Positions 1 through 15,312 of a stretch of 64,000 nucleotides of DNA are shown piece after piece (the first letter of the stretch is position 1; each line of letters starts with the position of its first letter). The stretch lies in NCBI GenBank assembly GCA_021432655.1, contig MU271229.1:17849-81848 (forward strand). The letters run 5' to 3'. The notes under the pieces are model-generated. The model was not told the origin of the DNA. It saw only the letters and a list, made by a program, of their open reading frames with translations, and searched no databases. The DNA comes from Atractiella rhizophila (lineage: Eukaryota). Position numbers and translations under genes: made by a program.

Positions 1-866
1 AGAATGTAACCCCGAAATGGCGGTCTCCATCGATACCACAAGAAATCACGGAGAATGGGGAGGATTTACAGATTGTAGGAAGCATTGTACATTGAGCACT
101 CAACGCTGACAAGAGCTCCTCCAAGAAGTAGCAAGTATGACGTTGAGAGGTAGAGTGATAAATTGCAATAGTATTGTCTCTTGTTCTATAGGACCGTTCT
201 TTTGCTCAGGGACAGTTGTAAAAAGTACAACTGCCCATACAAGAGCTCCTACATGCAAGGCTGAATTTCCGTTTGTGTTTGAAATGTTGAAACCGGTAAA
301 TCAGATCATCTCTTAAAATCTCTTTCTTTCAGATGTCGCTCAGCCGAGACACCAAACGGATCCTGCTTTCACAGTGTAAATGTGAAGAAACTCACCTTGA
401 GCTCACCTCCCATCATGATTCCAGCTATTTTATGATCATGACCTCTGCCGCATCAAGAAGTGACAGTTAGATCCAGCTTCCAGTCTTTCGCAGCACATAT
501 TAACTTTACTGTAATCCCAAATGTGTCGATAACACGCTTCGTATTTCCAGAACTACGTCTCAACGACCGACGATGAAGAAGACGTCAGAAGCAGAAGAAA
601 CAGCAGCAATCGTAACGGGTGACGTAGTTCCGACGACTTCCACTCCGCATTTCTGGTGACTACGCACAAGCAACTGTGGGGGAACATCACACATTTGACG
701 ACCTGGCCAGATGAGGCTAGGATAGAGGACGAGTGGGGTCGATATCACACCTGGTGGAATGCCTCTGCATTGGCGGGGAAGCTGAAGACTTATAGTGGCA
801 TCCTCTTTCGCTTTTGGTGTGTTCTCTTTTCTTTTCTCTCCACCTCTCCAGATACAAAGGAAAGCG

Positions 867-2574
867 ATGAAGAACTCAATTTTGAACGCAACAGTTCTGT
901 CACTGCTCTGTTCGGTCGCGGCTCAGGCGCAGAGGGCGTATCGCGCTCCTTGGCTCAAGGACGAGTTGAAGAGGCAGAGTGGAACTTATACCAATCCTGT
1001 TCGCTTCTTCTACTCTTCCCAGTTGTAGTAATGAGCGTAGGAGAGCAGATTCTTGATGGGAACTATGCGGATCCATGGATGCTAGAATACAACAACATGT
1101 ACTACCTGATGCCAACAATGCCAGGTATGAGCCTGCATTCATGACCTGATACGCTGCTCCTCATCACAGGATGGGGCAGATGGGTCTGTCTCGGTCTTTG
1201 TGTCCAAAACTCTTGATCGTTTCGACTCTCCGCCAATCCAACTATTTATGCCTCCAAACCCACCAGTCTGGGTGCGTATTCCTTCTTGTCATCATGATGT
1301 CCTCGCATGAAGATTCGTGATAGGCTCCGGAACTGCACATCATCGACGGAGAGTTCTACGTCTACTGCACGCTCCCTGATGGACCAGACGACGCTGATCA
1401 CCGCATGCATGTCCTGAAGGGGACGGATGCGAACGACCCTACCAAGCCGTTTGAAGACTTGGGGGTCGTCGGTACGCCTGACGAGAACTACGCTATCGAT
1501 GTGAGACTTCTCATAATAACATAACTGTGGTCCTGATGACTTGCCGAAAGGGAACGGTGCTCATCAATTATCTGAATCATGAGGGAGTCCTCGCGAATTA
1601 TTTCATTTGGAGCGGGAAAGAAAGCAGGGACACCGGCACGGTCCAATACTTGTGCGCTTTCTACCTTTTCTACTCAAAAGGTGTGACTAACAATTCTGGG
1701 AAGGTACATCGCTCAGCTCTCGACACCTAGCACGCTCATCGGTGAGAGGACCATGATCCACTCTCCTTACTGGCCCGATGGATCGAGGAAAGATTGGCAA
1801 TGGTCACCTAACGACTATGGAGGTGAGCCCTTTTGCTTTTTTCCTCTGAATTCTGCAAAGTTGACGCTCCTCCCCCTGAAAAGTAAATGAAGGACCCGAA
1901 ATCCTCGTCAACGGGGACAAGACCTTCCTCATATACTCAGCCTGCGGTTCTTGGGATCCCTGCTATTCGCTGTAAGAATCTCCTTCTCATAAATAGCAGG
2001 TGGACCTAAAATGATGTTGTAGAGGTCTCATGAGCCTCAATAGTACAGGACTCAATCCCCTCGATCCCAATGCTTGGTATGCAAAAGATGATGGACCTGT
2101 CTTTACGAAGAGCGACGTAACCGTGGGGACTGGTCATGCAAGCGTAGGTCCCATGCCCATCTAGCCTTCGCAATAGGGTGGGGTGAGGTTGACTCGCTGG
2201 TTTCGTCGACAGTTCCCCTCTGATGCGATTGACACCCCATATATCGTGCGTGCCCACTAGCCCACTAGCCCGTATCCCTTAATATTGAAATCCTCGTCAA
2301 TTCTCATCACAGGTTTATCACGCTTGGCCAGTCAATGCCGAGGGAGGATGGGGGGCGAGAAAAGTCATGACGCAGTATGTCTGCCTCCATCTTTCGGAGC
2401 AGTAATGTCATTGGGCTGTCAATAGGGCTTTTTCATTTGACGCAAACGGAGATCCTGTCTTTCCTGTTCCTGGTGCGTTATTTTCAAGTTCTTCTCGCCT
2501 ATGAACAGATAAATATTGAGTTCACTGCGACAGTTGCGGAAGGTGTAGAGCTGCCGGCTGCTGCAGGATATTGA
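867..2574 (+). CDS. Secreted glycoside hydrolase family 43 (arabinofuranosidase/xylosidase-like), multi-exon
   Basis: Signal-peptide-like start MKNSILNATVLSLLCSVAAQA. Spliced exons give GH43 motifs YTNP..ADPW, WAPELH, YAIDGT, VNEGPE, YSACGSW, VGTGHAS and YHAW. Ends ELPAAAGY*. Confidence 0.88.
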
Positions 2575-3216
2575 TAATTAAGGGGATCAAGCAGACCACT
2601 CAGGTTGAGCCTTGTGACTAAGCACAATGGAAATAGTAATTAAGCCAATGCATATGACTTGAACACAACGGAAGCATTAAAGAGAACAACGGAGATAGTG
2701 TGGAAGCTATTACAGATACGTCACCTGTCACGCGTATCAGGGATATCAAGGACTCCCCTTTAGAGACCCGCAAAGTTGGGCTTATCTGTCCACTTGGAGG
2801 AGCTCCAATTCCATGCGCCTCCTCCACGAACGATACGTGATATGTAACGAAATACAAGAGGGAGGCAAACCGATTGACATTAGAAAGGGGGAACATCGCA
2901 TGGGATCAACAACTTCAGGTTTGAAGCAGGACGCAAAGGGGTTGTAGGAACCTGTTCCGCTTTTCTCTCTTCACGGTTCTCGATGGATTCAGTAGATTTT
3001 GTGGAGATCGTTCATAAACAACAGTACTAAAATAATTGGAAACCACGCGACGCGTTGACTTGGTGTCCAGTCTACGGTGTCCTACGGTATCCTACTCTCG
3101 ACCACGAATATCACACTGCAGCAGACTTTTCTGCAAGCTTTCAACGATAAAAGCAGCATAGCCAGAACCCTTCAAGGTAGAGCCCCTCGCTGGTATCCAC
3201 CCCAAACTTCACCAGC

Positions 3217-4625
3217 ATGCTGACCCTCATCCTCACTACACTCGTGAGCGTAGCCTCAGCTGCAGTGAAGACACAATACGCGTATCCGAATGGTACTTTT
3301 ATTCTCCTCTGCTTAAGCTCCTATTGACATTTCATCTGGGAAAGGCTTAGGTGATGTGTTCCAGTACAAGGACGCGCTACCAATCCATGATTACACCACT
3401 GTTGCACTACCAGTAGTCCCCGAGATTTGCCAACAATACGCCCAGAATGGAGGAGATCCCTTATGCACGGCGACGATGAGCGCGGTCGCGGCCACCATCG
3501 ACGACTGCTCTGAGCCGTGGACTGTCTGCCGCTGCTCGTGCGCCGTTCTCCTAATACATTGTCCGCCTAGGTTGAAAGGAATATTGGGTGTCCAGCGACG
3601 CGCAGATGAGCTTCACTCAGCTCCTCGATAAATTCGCTAGGATGCCAGTTCATCTGAGAGACCATGTTCGGACCCTGCTTGCTTTCAATGGCTCCAGATC
3701 TGCTTTCTCCAATGAGCAGGACATGGCTATCTTCGGGTTCGTTTTCCCTCCATGCGATTGATGAACACGAATTTTTACGAGTTTGGCCGGCTACAGTGAT
3801 TGCAGCGACGAAGCTGTTTGTACTCCCATTGCCCGGACTGACTATTTTTACATTATCGTTGAAGGGATTGAGCGTATTTGTGCATGAAGCGTGAGCTTTC
3901 CTCTTTTATCAGAACTCGCTTGACACTTGTCGGCGAAAAGAGGGCACGACATCGACCAGGGAGTATCCGTCTCCACAGCGTGGACAAATGCGCTTGCTGC
4001 TGATACTTGGTATGGTCCTTTTCTTGCCGCCAGGAATTCCATCTAAACACTCGTATTAGTGTTCCAGACCCTTACGGTACAGTTCCATCTCCTCCTGTAT
4101 GACAAAATCTAAGGATTCTATATCTTGGTAAGGCGGCGTTTCCGTCCAGGAAGACTTCGCCCAAGTAACAGTCATCACGCTCTACCTGTACCTCTGTTCG
4201 TGATCTTCACTCATCCCGTCCATCAACCCAACAAGCTAAGACATAACTTGCTAGATGGAGCAGTTCCCAGCGGAAGCATCAGCTGTATGGATGACCAGGT
4301 GTCGACTTTCGAAGCCAACCCAAGGTTGAACAAAAATATCATGATTGGAAAGAAGGTGTGCGACCTGACACTCAGGAGCCAGTGGGGCACGTACGTCTCC
4401 CATCTCTCACGTTCGCTAGGGGATTGCATGTTTTGATCATGTCGGGTTTCGACTTATAGCAGCCTCTCCGCCAACTCCCTGGTTGCGAGTTCCACTTCTG
4501 GATTCCCCATCGCCTCCCCTGTATCCACCCCAATTTTCAACGCCGAAGCTGTGAAGAGCAAGAGAGATTTGGGGACAGCGTTGAGAAGGGAGAGGCCCAT
4601 TCCGGGTAAATTTCAGAGGAAGTGA
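3217..4625 (+). CDS. Secreted Cys-rich HExxH protein resembling fungal conidiation-specific protein 13-like proteins
   Basis: Signal peptide MLTLILTTLVSVASA, then DDCSEPWTVCRCS. Spliced VFVHEAGHDID...CVPDPYG...QEDFAQV. About 7 short introns. The family name is from recall, not a search. Confidence 0.65.
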
Positions 4626-5235
4626 CCAAGTAAAGTGAAAAGAAGCATTATGGATGATAAATGTAAAGATGACGGAAGCACAGACGGAAACAGAAACGAT
4701 GTTCGTGAACTTGCAAAGAACTTTCAACTTTTACAATCAACACAAGGTAGTAAGGGGCATTCGGGAAATCATTAAGCTCCTGCAATGGCATTCGATCACG
4801 AACAGGCCGGGTATTTGCTCAGCTCATGGTTCCCGCAATAGGATTGCCTGCCCAGTTACTTTTTCGGCAGGGTACAATCTTCTCCCGCTGTCGAAAGATC
4901 TCTTTCGCGGCTTAGTTGGAGGTAGAAAATTCCAAAAACGAGTGGTCGATCAAATTGTTAGTGATGTTAGACTTACTTACTCCTCGACCTTATCTCAATT
5001 GCTAGATTCACAAGCAAGTTGCGCAGCATTCCCGGCACACGGGAGACATTTAACCGGACTCAACTTCTCCCCAGATTCCCAGATTCCCCAGTCCTCAGAA
5101 TAACTGTCAAACAGGAAAAGTTCTACTATAGATCATCTATAGAGTGCAGCTGTTTTTGGGTCAACCTGGTCATATCACAATTGTACGCCCAATCCATAAA
5201 ACGTCGTCAATCCCCTAGTCCAAGAACGACCAACC

Positions 5236-7665
5236 ATGTCAGCTCTCATCCCCTCCGTTCGTTTGCACCTCGCGCAAACCGTGCTCGACCCACCGCTTCC
5301 AACTGTAGCGCCAGCAGACGACTTGCCTTACCTGTCTGCATCTATTGTAGAGATTGTGGAGAATATTAAGACCGGGAAACCTGGATGGACCGCGCAAAGA
5401 GTTCTAGAGGCGTTCATCAGGAGCAGTAGGAGGGCACATGAGAGAACAAATTGTTTGGTGAGCTTTCCAGACTGTTGAACTCATGTCCATTTCTTTGTTC
5501 AGCACTGTATTTGTATTCCTCTGTGCAGTTTGCTCAGTTTCGAGTGGGAGATTTTGGGCTCCGAAACGAACTATTGGTGCTGATATTAGGTTCAAAATGA
5601 ACAACAGTGGATACTTGACCGTTGACAGACTAGATGTAGTCTCCAGATGTGGGAGTGTTATGACGCTGTATAACGGACACTCGATTTCTTGCACCTGTTC
5701 TGAATAAAAGCTAATAACTTTACAGACAGGAACCCTCTACCCCGAGGCTCTCGCAGCTGCCAAAGCGCTCGACACAGCCTATCCTCCGGGAAGCGGACGT
5801 GTCAAAGGCCTGTTGCACGGTGTACCCATCTCGATCAAAGACCATCTAGGCATTGCTGGCGGAGAGGGTACGATTGGCATTACGTCTTATATCGGCAAGA
5901 AGTTCGAGAGAGATGCTTTGATTGTCAAGGTGCTGAAGGAACAGGGAGCCGTGGTATATGTTAAAACGAACGTTCCACAGTAAGTCTGGATAGTCTTTTA
6001 GAACTGATGAGCTGCTGACGTTGACATGTGGAAAGGACGATGCTGGCTTTCGAATGCTCAAACCCCATTTTCGTACGTACACTTACTCAGAAAGGCACTT
6101 GGAAAACTGACGTTCGGTGATCGTAACAAAGGGTGCAACTACAAACCCCTACAATGGAGACCATACCTCTGGTGGTTCCTCTGGTGGTGAAGCCTCGTTG
6201 CTGGCGCAAGATGGCAGTGCTGCTGGAATCGGGTCAGCTTCTTTTATTGTATGAAATCCTGACTGTAACTGAGGAGAGAGCATAGGAGCGACGTTGGCGG
6301 AAGTCTTCGGATCCCAGCGCATTATTGGTAAGTTCATCGATAGCATTACTATTTGATTATTCTTACTACGCGTTTGATAGTGGAGTATACTCTCTCAAAC
6401 CGTCGAAAGGGCGCTTCCCTCAATCGTCCTACTCCAATACCCCCGGCGCAGCAGGCTTTAATTCAGTCAATTCTGTGCTAGGCCCAATGGCACGCTCAGT
6501 GGACGACTTGGAAGTATTGACGAAGGTGGTAGTTGAAGCGATGGACCAGATGGATGGAGGAAGAGAGCGAAAAATTGCAGGAGATACTTTCATTGCAATT
6601 CCATGGAGGAATACCGAGGAGAGGAAGTACCGTTTCGGTTATTGGAAGGAAGACGGTTTTGTGAAGGCGAGCCCTGCTTGTCAGAGAGCCGTGGGGATGA
6701 CCGTGGACGCCTTGAGACAGAAAGGGTATGAATGCATTGAGGTGAGCCTCTCCACCATCCGGGAGAAACACGCTGAACTTGTTGCAGATCGATCCGAAAG
6801 ATTACGGTGTTTCTTTTGCTGTGCTCTCTACGTTTACAGGGGCTGAGTTTCATCCTAGTCTTCCGCGCGATGGAGATTTTTGCCGTCTACACGTCTGCTG
6901 ACCGCTACAACACGCTCACGAAGCCACTGAAGAACGACAAGAGGGAGCGCTCAATGTTTCTACCCCTTCTTTCTGCCCGACTGCCTTGGCTTTTGAAGGT
7001 CATGGTCAGCTGGCTCTTCCGCTATGCCTTAGGAGACCATATCATGGCTACGCTTCTGCGATCAGGGGGACATAAGGATACAGAAGCCATTATGCGCTGG
7101 AATGTGAAGAAGTGAGGTCAAATACACTTCATCCAGACTCTTTTGCTGATGGGATAACAGGGCCGATTTTACACTTGAGATAAGAGAAAAAGTTCACCTT
7201 CATTGGTCTTCTGCGAAGGCAATTGCTGATTTTCGCATGTAGTGGTTTCAAGAGCTCAACCTTGACTTCATCATCTGTCCAACTCAAGCAACACCAGCTA
7301 TGGCGCACGGAAAAACTTGGAATCTTTCTCCCCTAGCTGCAGCTACCATATTCTTCAATATCCTCGACTTCACCGTCGGGTGCCTGCCAGTCACGCGTGT
7401 TTCCTCCTCCCTCGACGCGCTACCGTCGACCTGGAAAGAGGACTTGAAGGGCCGCGGAGCCCCCATCCTCCATGATGCTCTTTACAATCAGAAGGCGTAT
7501 GATGCAAAGCAGATGGAGGGTTTGCCGGTTGGAATTCAGATTGCCGGGAGCAATTGGGAAGAGGAGGATGTGTTGAAGGCAATGAAGATTGTTGACGAGG
7601 CTTTGGGTAAGAGGGACTTTGGGAGGGGCCAGTGGACTGCCCAAGTTGCGAAGGAAGCTTCTTGA
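5236..7665 (+). CDS. Amidase signature family enzyme (acetamidase/FAAH-like)
   Basis: LHGVPISIKD, VKTNVPQ, TTNPYN..TSGGSSGGE, GIGSDVGGSLRIPAHYCG and GLPVGIQIAG recovered across exons. Confidence 0.93.
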
Positions 7666-7750
7666 TTCATTTCATGGATTGGAAATGAATATTACAGGAC
7701 AATATTCGGATTACATTTTGATGTCAACATTTTTGTTCAGAATCTTGAAT

Positions 7751-8644
7751 TTACAAAGGCATGCGAGGATTTTCGTAATCCCACAGTCCATCACTATTAA
7801 ACTTAAAGCAGAATCTGCCCCTCGTTTCGTACAGAACTTCTTCCCTCGACGACTTGTATTGAACCTGAAGCTTATTCATGTCCAGATATCTAGTGGAGAA
7901 GAAGAAACGACCTCGAAAATGTTTCTTGGCTAATCCTCGGCGTCTCACATCCGTGTAAGCAACCAGAACGGCTCTCCGATTTTCTAGAGGATTGAACCAG
8001 CATGCTTCTGCCTTTGGAGGCAATTTCCCACTCCCATATTCGTCAACGTCCGGCCGAGTCATTGTTGTCGGAATATGAGTACCGTCGTTCCCCAAGAAGC
8101 GACGGCGCCAATAGTCCTTTTCCCCCACTGTCTCCTCTCCTCGATTTGCGAAAACCTCAGGCCCGAGCGTGACGAGGTCGATAATGTCGTAGGCAGTTGC
8201 TTCTTGAGGAATCCCGGTGAGTAAGATGCAAGCAAATTCCAATGCGAATCGATCTTCAGGACTGAACTTGATGTCGCTCCATCGTTTCAGAGGGGTAGGG
8301 TCAGATTTTTCCGCCGTAGTTGGTGTTTCTTTTTTGTTTTTCCTCCTTTTTGACAAGGCAGTTTCTTCTTCCTTCTCGCTAGACTGGCTATTTTCATGTT
8401 TCCTCAACAACGCTGACAGCTCGTGCACTTCCCTCATCAGTTCTTCGGGACGTGATTCATTTTTCTCCCACTCAGTTTTTTCAACGCGTTCGTACAGCGA
8501 CTCAGCTTGACGGACCAGGTCTTGGGGATACATGTGAGTTGTAGATCTGCTGGAGGCGACAGATTTTATTCGGGCGAGAGAGACAGAGTCGCGAATGCTC
8601 GGCTTTTGCTTCTGCAGCGTCTTGATATTCGAGGCTATATCCAT
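7751..8644 (-). CDS. Hypothetical protein; C-terminal half has a possible RRM-like pattern
   Basis: 297-codon open frame with charged, protein-like composition; segment CILLTGIPQEATAYDIIDLV. True start uncertain and it may be joined to the upstream ORF. Confidence 0.5.
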   Translation of the reverse strand: MDIASNIKTLQKQKPSIRDSVSLARIKSVASSRSTTHMYPQDLVRQAESLYERVEKTEWEKNESRPEELMREVHELSALLRKHENSQSSEKEEETALSKRRKNKKETPTTAEKSDPTPLKRWSDIKFSPEDRFALEFACILLTGIPQEATAYDIIDLVTLGPEVFANRGEETVGEKDYWRRRFLGNDGTHIPTTMTRPDVDEYGSGKLPPKAEACWFNPLENRRAVLVAYTDVRRRGLAKKHFRGRFFFSTRYLDMNKLQVQYKSSREEVLYETRGRFCFKFNSDGLWDYENPRMPL

Positions 8645-8670
8645 AATATAATATCAACTCAAGCTCAAAA

Positions 8671-9126
8671 TCATGCGCAGAAAAAAAACTTGAACCTTTT
8701 TTTGCTACGGATGTGTTTGCAATGGGGAGATTCCCGCCAGGTTGAGGAAACACATTTCGTGCATCTGGCCCAAGTGCAACAATTGAGTTCAAACCTACGC
8801 AACGAAAGACATGACGGACCTTTAGTCTGTTTAAAGATCACTCTTGTTCGGGATATCTCAGTGTCGCGTGACGAAAGTGGAGCCTGGCTGAATAAATCTA
8901 CTGGGGAAACTGACGCTAAAGGTACCGCTAACGACAACAGAGGGGAAGCAAGAAGAGAAGGCAAACCTGCTTCGGCGTCGTTTCCATCGGTCAAAGTGTA
9001 CTGACTACTATCGGAGGCTGGGGAAGGAGGAGGAAATGGCAGTCCGCCTTGAGTGCCATGAAAGATGTATTCCTCAACATCAACTATGCGCCACTCTAAT
9101 GGTTTGAGCAGCTCGCTGAATGACAT
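8671..9126 (-). CDS. Possible upstream exon or small protein with a Cys/His cluster
   Basis: Open frame from MSFSELLKPLEW to CCTWARCTKCVSSTWRESPHCKH. I could not find an in-phase splice to 7751-8644. Confidence 0.3.
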   Translation of the reverse strand: MSFSELLKPLEWRIVDVEEYIFHGTQGGLPFPPPSPASDSSQYTLTDGNDAEAGLPSLLASPLLSLAVPLASVSPVDLFSQAPLSSRDTEISRTRVIFKQTKGPSCLSLRRFELNCCTWARCTKCVSSTWRESPHCKHIRSKKRFKFFFCA

Positions 9127-10182
9127 GTTGTAGAATGTAAAAGCGAACAACACTTCCTGTTTCAGAAAGAGCATTAGCAACGGAATAGGGCTACTTAGCA
9201 GAAAGAAGCGACAGCCAAAGTATATATAACATTTGAAGGTCAGATAAACAACTTTCATGCTCTGGAAACAGCGAGACAAGTGTTACGTATCTCAACGTTT
9301 GGACGTCAACAATGCCTTTCACATCAGAAACTGCCTTGACTGATAAAGACTCAACGTGTTGCAAAATGAAATCCAGTCAGGTTTCTTGTGGCAAGGGAAA
9401 TAATCTGAAGGGATAAGACCATTTTTTTGACGCGTTGCAAGGTGGGAACGACTCAAATCAGCATCTAGCAGTAGATTGCGGTAGGCTATCTGCATGAAAC
9501 AACACGATTTGCGCGTGTATTGACCAAAAAAAAGCGGAGACATAGCAGGGAATTAGAACTCAGTACTCATGCCCACTGTGTATTGGCGGGAGACATTAAG
9601 GAGGTGCTCTCAACCAGATCCACTCACACAATTCGGGGACGTGACGAGCCCACTAAACCGCGTGCCACAGAGCGTGCATGAACAATCGTTGGAGCACCAA
9701 GGAGCGGCTGGATGTAGGCCACAGGGTTGCTGCGGACAAACAAGAAGGAGTACGCTCCGTAAACTGCTGCGGCAATAAAGGCATGAAAGCTGGATAAGGT
9801 TTGAAGCAAACAATTCGCCCACAGTGATCTCAGAAACAAGTGCTCTTTTCAACAAGGCAGCAGATTGTGGCCTCCACAGGAACGAGCGGATATTCTTTGT
9901 TAGCTCTTGTTTGTTTTTTGAGTGAAGGGTTGAGGTAACAAGGGCTGATTGGTGAGTCCTCGTCCCTGTGGCCAGACATATGTTTGGGAGTTGGGACCTC
10001 TTTTTGGATGTGAGACTGTACAAGAGACTTTGCTCACTTGCCTCGCAGAACTTAATCATTTTATTGATTTTGATCCGTGCAAACAACCAGACGGTTGCGA
10101 CTGAGCTCTCTCCCACAAAGGCACTGTTAAATGAGTCTAACCTGGCGTTGTTTCTAGCTCAGAAGTCGGAACAATCGACAAA

Positions 10183-11483
10183 ATGTCTGCGCTTTCTGCT
10201 TCTCAAGGCTCCTCTTCCGCCGGTGTACGCATCGTGGACGTCTGGGCCGAAAACCTCTCCGCCGTCTTCAGAGACATTCGAGAGCTAATCATCACGCATC
10301 CTTACGTGTCGATGGACACCGAATTTCCCGGAGTGGTCGCTCGACCGGTTGGGCTGTCGCTGTTTGGAAAAGGAGCGAGCGCGAGCGAGTTTCATTATCA
10401 GACTCTCAGGTGTAACGTGGATTTGTTGAGGATCATCCAGTTGGGGATCACACTGACGGACGAGTGGGGAAATTTACCCAAGAGAGGGCCAGGGGAGGAA
10501 GGGGAGGGTGAGGAGTATGGCTGTTGGCAATTCAACTTCAAATTCGATCTCGAGTGCGTCTTCCTTTTCTGCACAATGGGAATGTGGGGCTGAGCGCGTT
10601 TGCTTGCTGGCGAATGATGTAGATCCGACATGTATCTCGCCGACTCCATCAATCTCCTCACCAATTCAGGCCTCGACTTCGAACGGCATCGCACGCATGG
10701 CATCGAACCTGATGATTTTGCCAACTTGCTCATTACAAGTGGATTGGTTTTGGAGGACGAGGGAGTGGAATGGGTGAGCTTCCACAGGTGCACATTCTTT
10801 CGCCTCTCGCGACTTGACTGTTGACCTAATGTAATCGTGATAAAGCGGATACGATTTTGGGTACCTTCTCAAGTCGCTAACAGACGATGCGCTACCCGAT
10901 ACCGAGGAAGGATTTTTCGAACTTATGCAAGTTTGGTTTCCGCGGATATGGGATATTAAGGTATCTTCTTTCAGAATTCAGTAAAACATTCATAAATGAC
11001 ATTGAGTAGTATGTCATGAAGTCGGTCAAAACACTAAAAGGCGGCCTTCAGGAGGTCGCAGATGATCTTGGTGTACGCCTTTCCTCTGTCTTCAACAATG
11101 AGAAGGCTAACGAAAGAACAGGTTCCTCGAATAGGCCCACAACATCAAGCAGGCTCCGATTCGCTCCTCACAGCGGGGACATTCTTTGCGATGAAGCGGC
11201 GATTTTTTGGTGACAACATAGATGACAGCTTGCGGTTCGTGCTCCTTCTCTCTGCTGCTCTTCGTTTGCCAACGCGACGCTCTTGGATAGTGGTGTCCTC
11301 TTTGGCCTCAACCTCCTTCATCCAGAGCCTCGAGCCAACGGCGCCTTTTACTCAAGCACTCCGTACACCTCACACGCCTCCATTCCCGGTGCCACACCAG
11401 GTCGAGAGCAAAGTGGTCCGCCTCTACCTGGAGCAGCGAGGTCAGCCATTCCTGCATTTCTTTCTTCTAAGTCCGAAAGATGA
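10183..11483 (+). CDS. CAF1: CCR4-NOT deadenylase subunit CAF1/POP2 (DEDD nuclease)
   Basis: [90 protein letters not shown]. Confidence 0.96.
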
Positions 11484-11882
11484 CGATGGGATGCCCAACA
11501 GTGTGGCTATGATGAACAGCATCTGGCGGCCAGCTCGTGATAGCCCAGCTGGCATAATCGCAAATCCACCGAGTAGAACAGATGTTCGAGACAAGGCAGC
11601 GGGAGATGGGAGCGCAAGTGAAGGTCCAATGAGTCCTGATCGCTGATGCGACGAAGATCTGTTTCTAGACGTATTGTGAGTTTGTCATGCGGGCGAAGCC
11701 GTGGGATGTTTAAAGTGTTCCGCTGTTGCGATTCCAGTGTCTATAACATATCAGCTATTCATTTCATTTCATTTGCTATTTGTTTCAGTTCAGTTCAACA
11801 GGAACAAACTCAAACACAATCACAAAGTCTATTTGAAACCCATTCCTCCAAACTCTCCCCTCGCTCACCCTAGCAAATAAGA

Positions 11883-13763
<1,881 letters not shown>

Positions 13764-14191
13764 TTTGGTTGTGCTTGCGTTGAAATAGGGCTGTTTTGAT
13801 GGTCGATGTTGGGTTGATGGTGGTAGATTTTTTTCAGCTGCACTTTTATCTGTTATCAGCGGGCGTGATTCGGCGATGATCGTGCAAGTGGGATTCGGTT
13901 GGGGTTGGGGTTCATGATCTTTTTTATCATATCCGCTGTATTGTACGGAGGACAGAAAGAGGGAGTTGTGGCATCGTCTATGACAGTAATCGATTTCATT
14001 GACAGTATTCAAACATCTTTCTTCAATTCTTGTTGAAATAAGGCGAGAATAAGGAGAAACGCAAGTGCAAGATGCGAGCGTAGGAGAAGAGAAGGGAGAA
14101 CGAAGTCAAACAACGAGATAAAGGTGTCTATCGTATCGAATCTCAAAAGCCGTTCTCCTCCTCATCAACGCAATCGATCTCTCTATCTTCC

Positions 14192-15312
14192 TCAAGCAGC
14201 CGGAGCCGCCTCCTCAGCAGGCTTTTCCTCCGCTTCAGGCTTAGCTGTTACCCAACAAATCATCAATTCCAACGCAAACGCAAACGGAAATCATGTTGTC
14301 ACGTACCAGCCTCAGCGCCATCGCCCATGTCGCTCGTCCAGAGCGTAAGGTTGTCCCTCAAGAGCTGCATGATGAGAGTAGAATCCTTGTAGCTCTCCTC
14401 GCTGAGAGTATCCAACTCGGCAATCGCCTCGTCGAAAGCCTGTTTTGCGAGCTGACAAGCCTTGTCGGGCGAGTTAAGGATCTCATAGTAGAATACTGAG
14501 AAGTTCAGGGCGAGTCCGAGACCTAACGGCGAAATAGTTAGAGAGTGTGTGCGACAAAATAGAAAGATGACGTACGGATGGGGTGTGTAGGCGGAAGAGA
14601 AGAGTTAGCGATGGTTGACGCCGCCTCGTAGGCCTCAAGGGAGGCGGTGGACGATCCTGACCTCTTATCACCAGTGGCAAATTCAGCGAGGTAGCGGTGG
14701 TAGTCTCCCTTCCTATTATCCCACCAACACCACAAAATCGCAAATTCGAGTCAATGGCTTCATATCTGGAACTGCAGGAAGGAGAAGTGGCGCACATCTT
14801 GTGATAGAAGACCTTCGACTCGCCAGACTCAGCAGATTTGATGAGATGCTGGTCCAAAACCTCAAGGATGTCCTCGCAAATTCCTTCAAGCTCCTTTTCA
14901 ATCTTCTCCCTGTATCCCTTGATGGCGCCAACGCTGGCTCCAGGGGCATTTGAGGGCTTGTTCTGCTCATTTCAAATTCCAAGTCAAAAATCTGGCTTTT
15001 TCACATATGACCGTGAGACGAACCTCCTCCTTAGCTTCGATAGAGCTGACAATCCTCCAGCTCGCCCTCCTCGCTCCAATAACGTTCTTGTAAGCGACGG
15101 ACAAGAGATTGCGCTCTTCAATGCTGAGTTCGACGTCGAGGGACGCAACCGATTTCATGTAGGTGACCATCTATAGAAACATGAACCAAATTAGCAATCC
15201 CATCCTTTCACATACAAGAAAAGAGAAAAAAAAGTCTCACCTCGTCATATCTCTCCGCCTGTTCAGCCAACTTGGCCATGTAGACAGAATCACTCCTTTG
15301 TTCGGCAGACAT
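14192..15312 (-). CDS. 14-3-3 protein
   Basis: [95 protein letters not shown] probable 5'-UTR intron lies at ~15330-15501. Confidence 0.97.

Noticed and set aside
9319..10116. ORFs upstream of CAF1 on the minus strand
   Set aside because: No recognisable motif or consistent exon chain.
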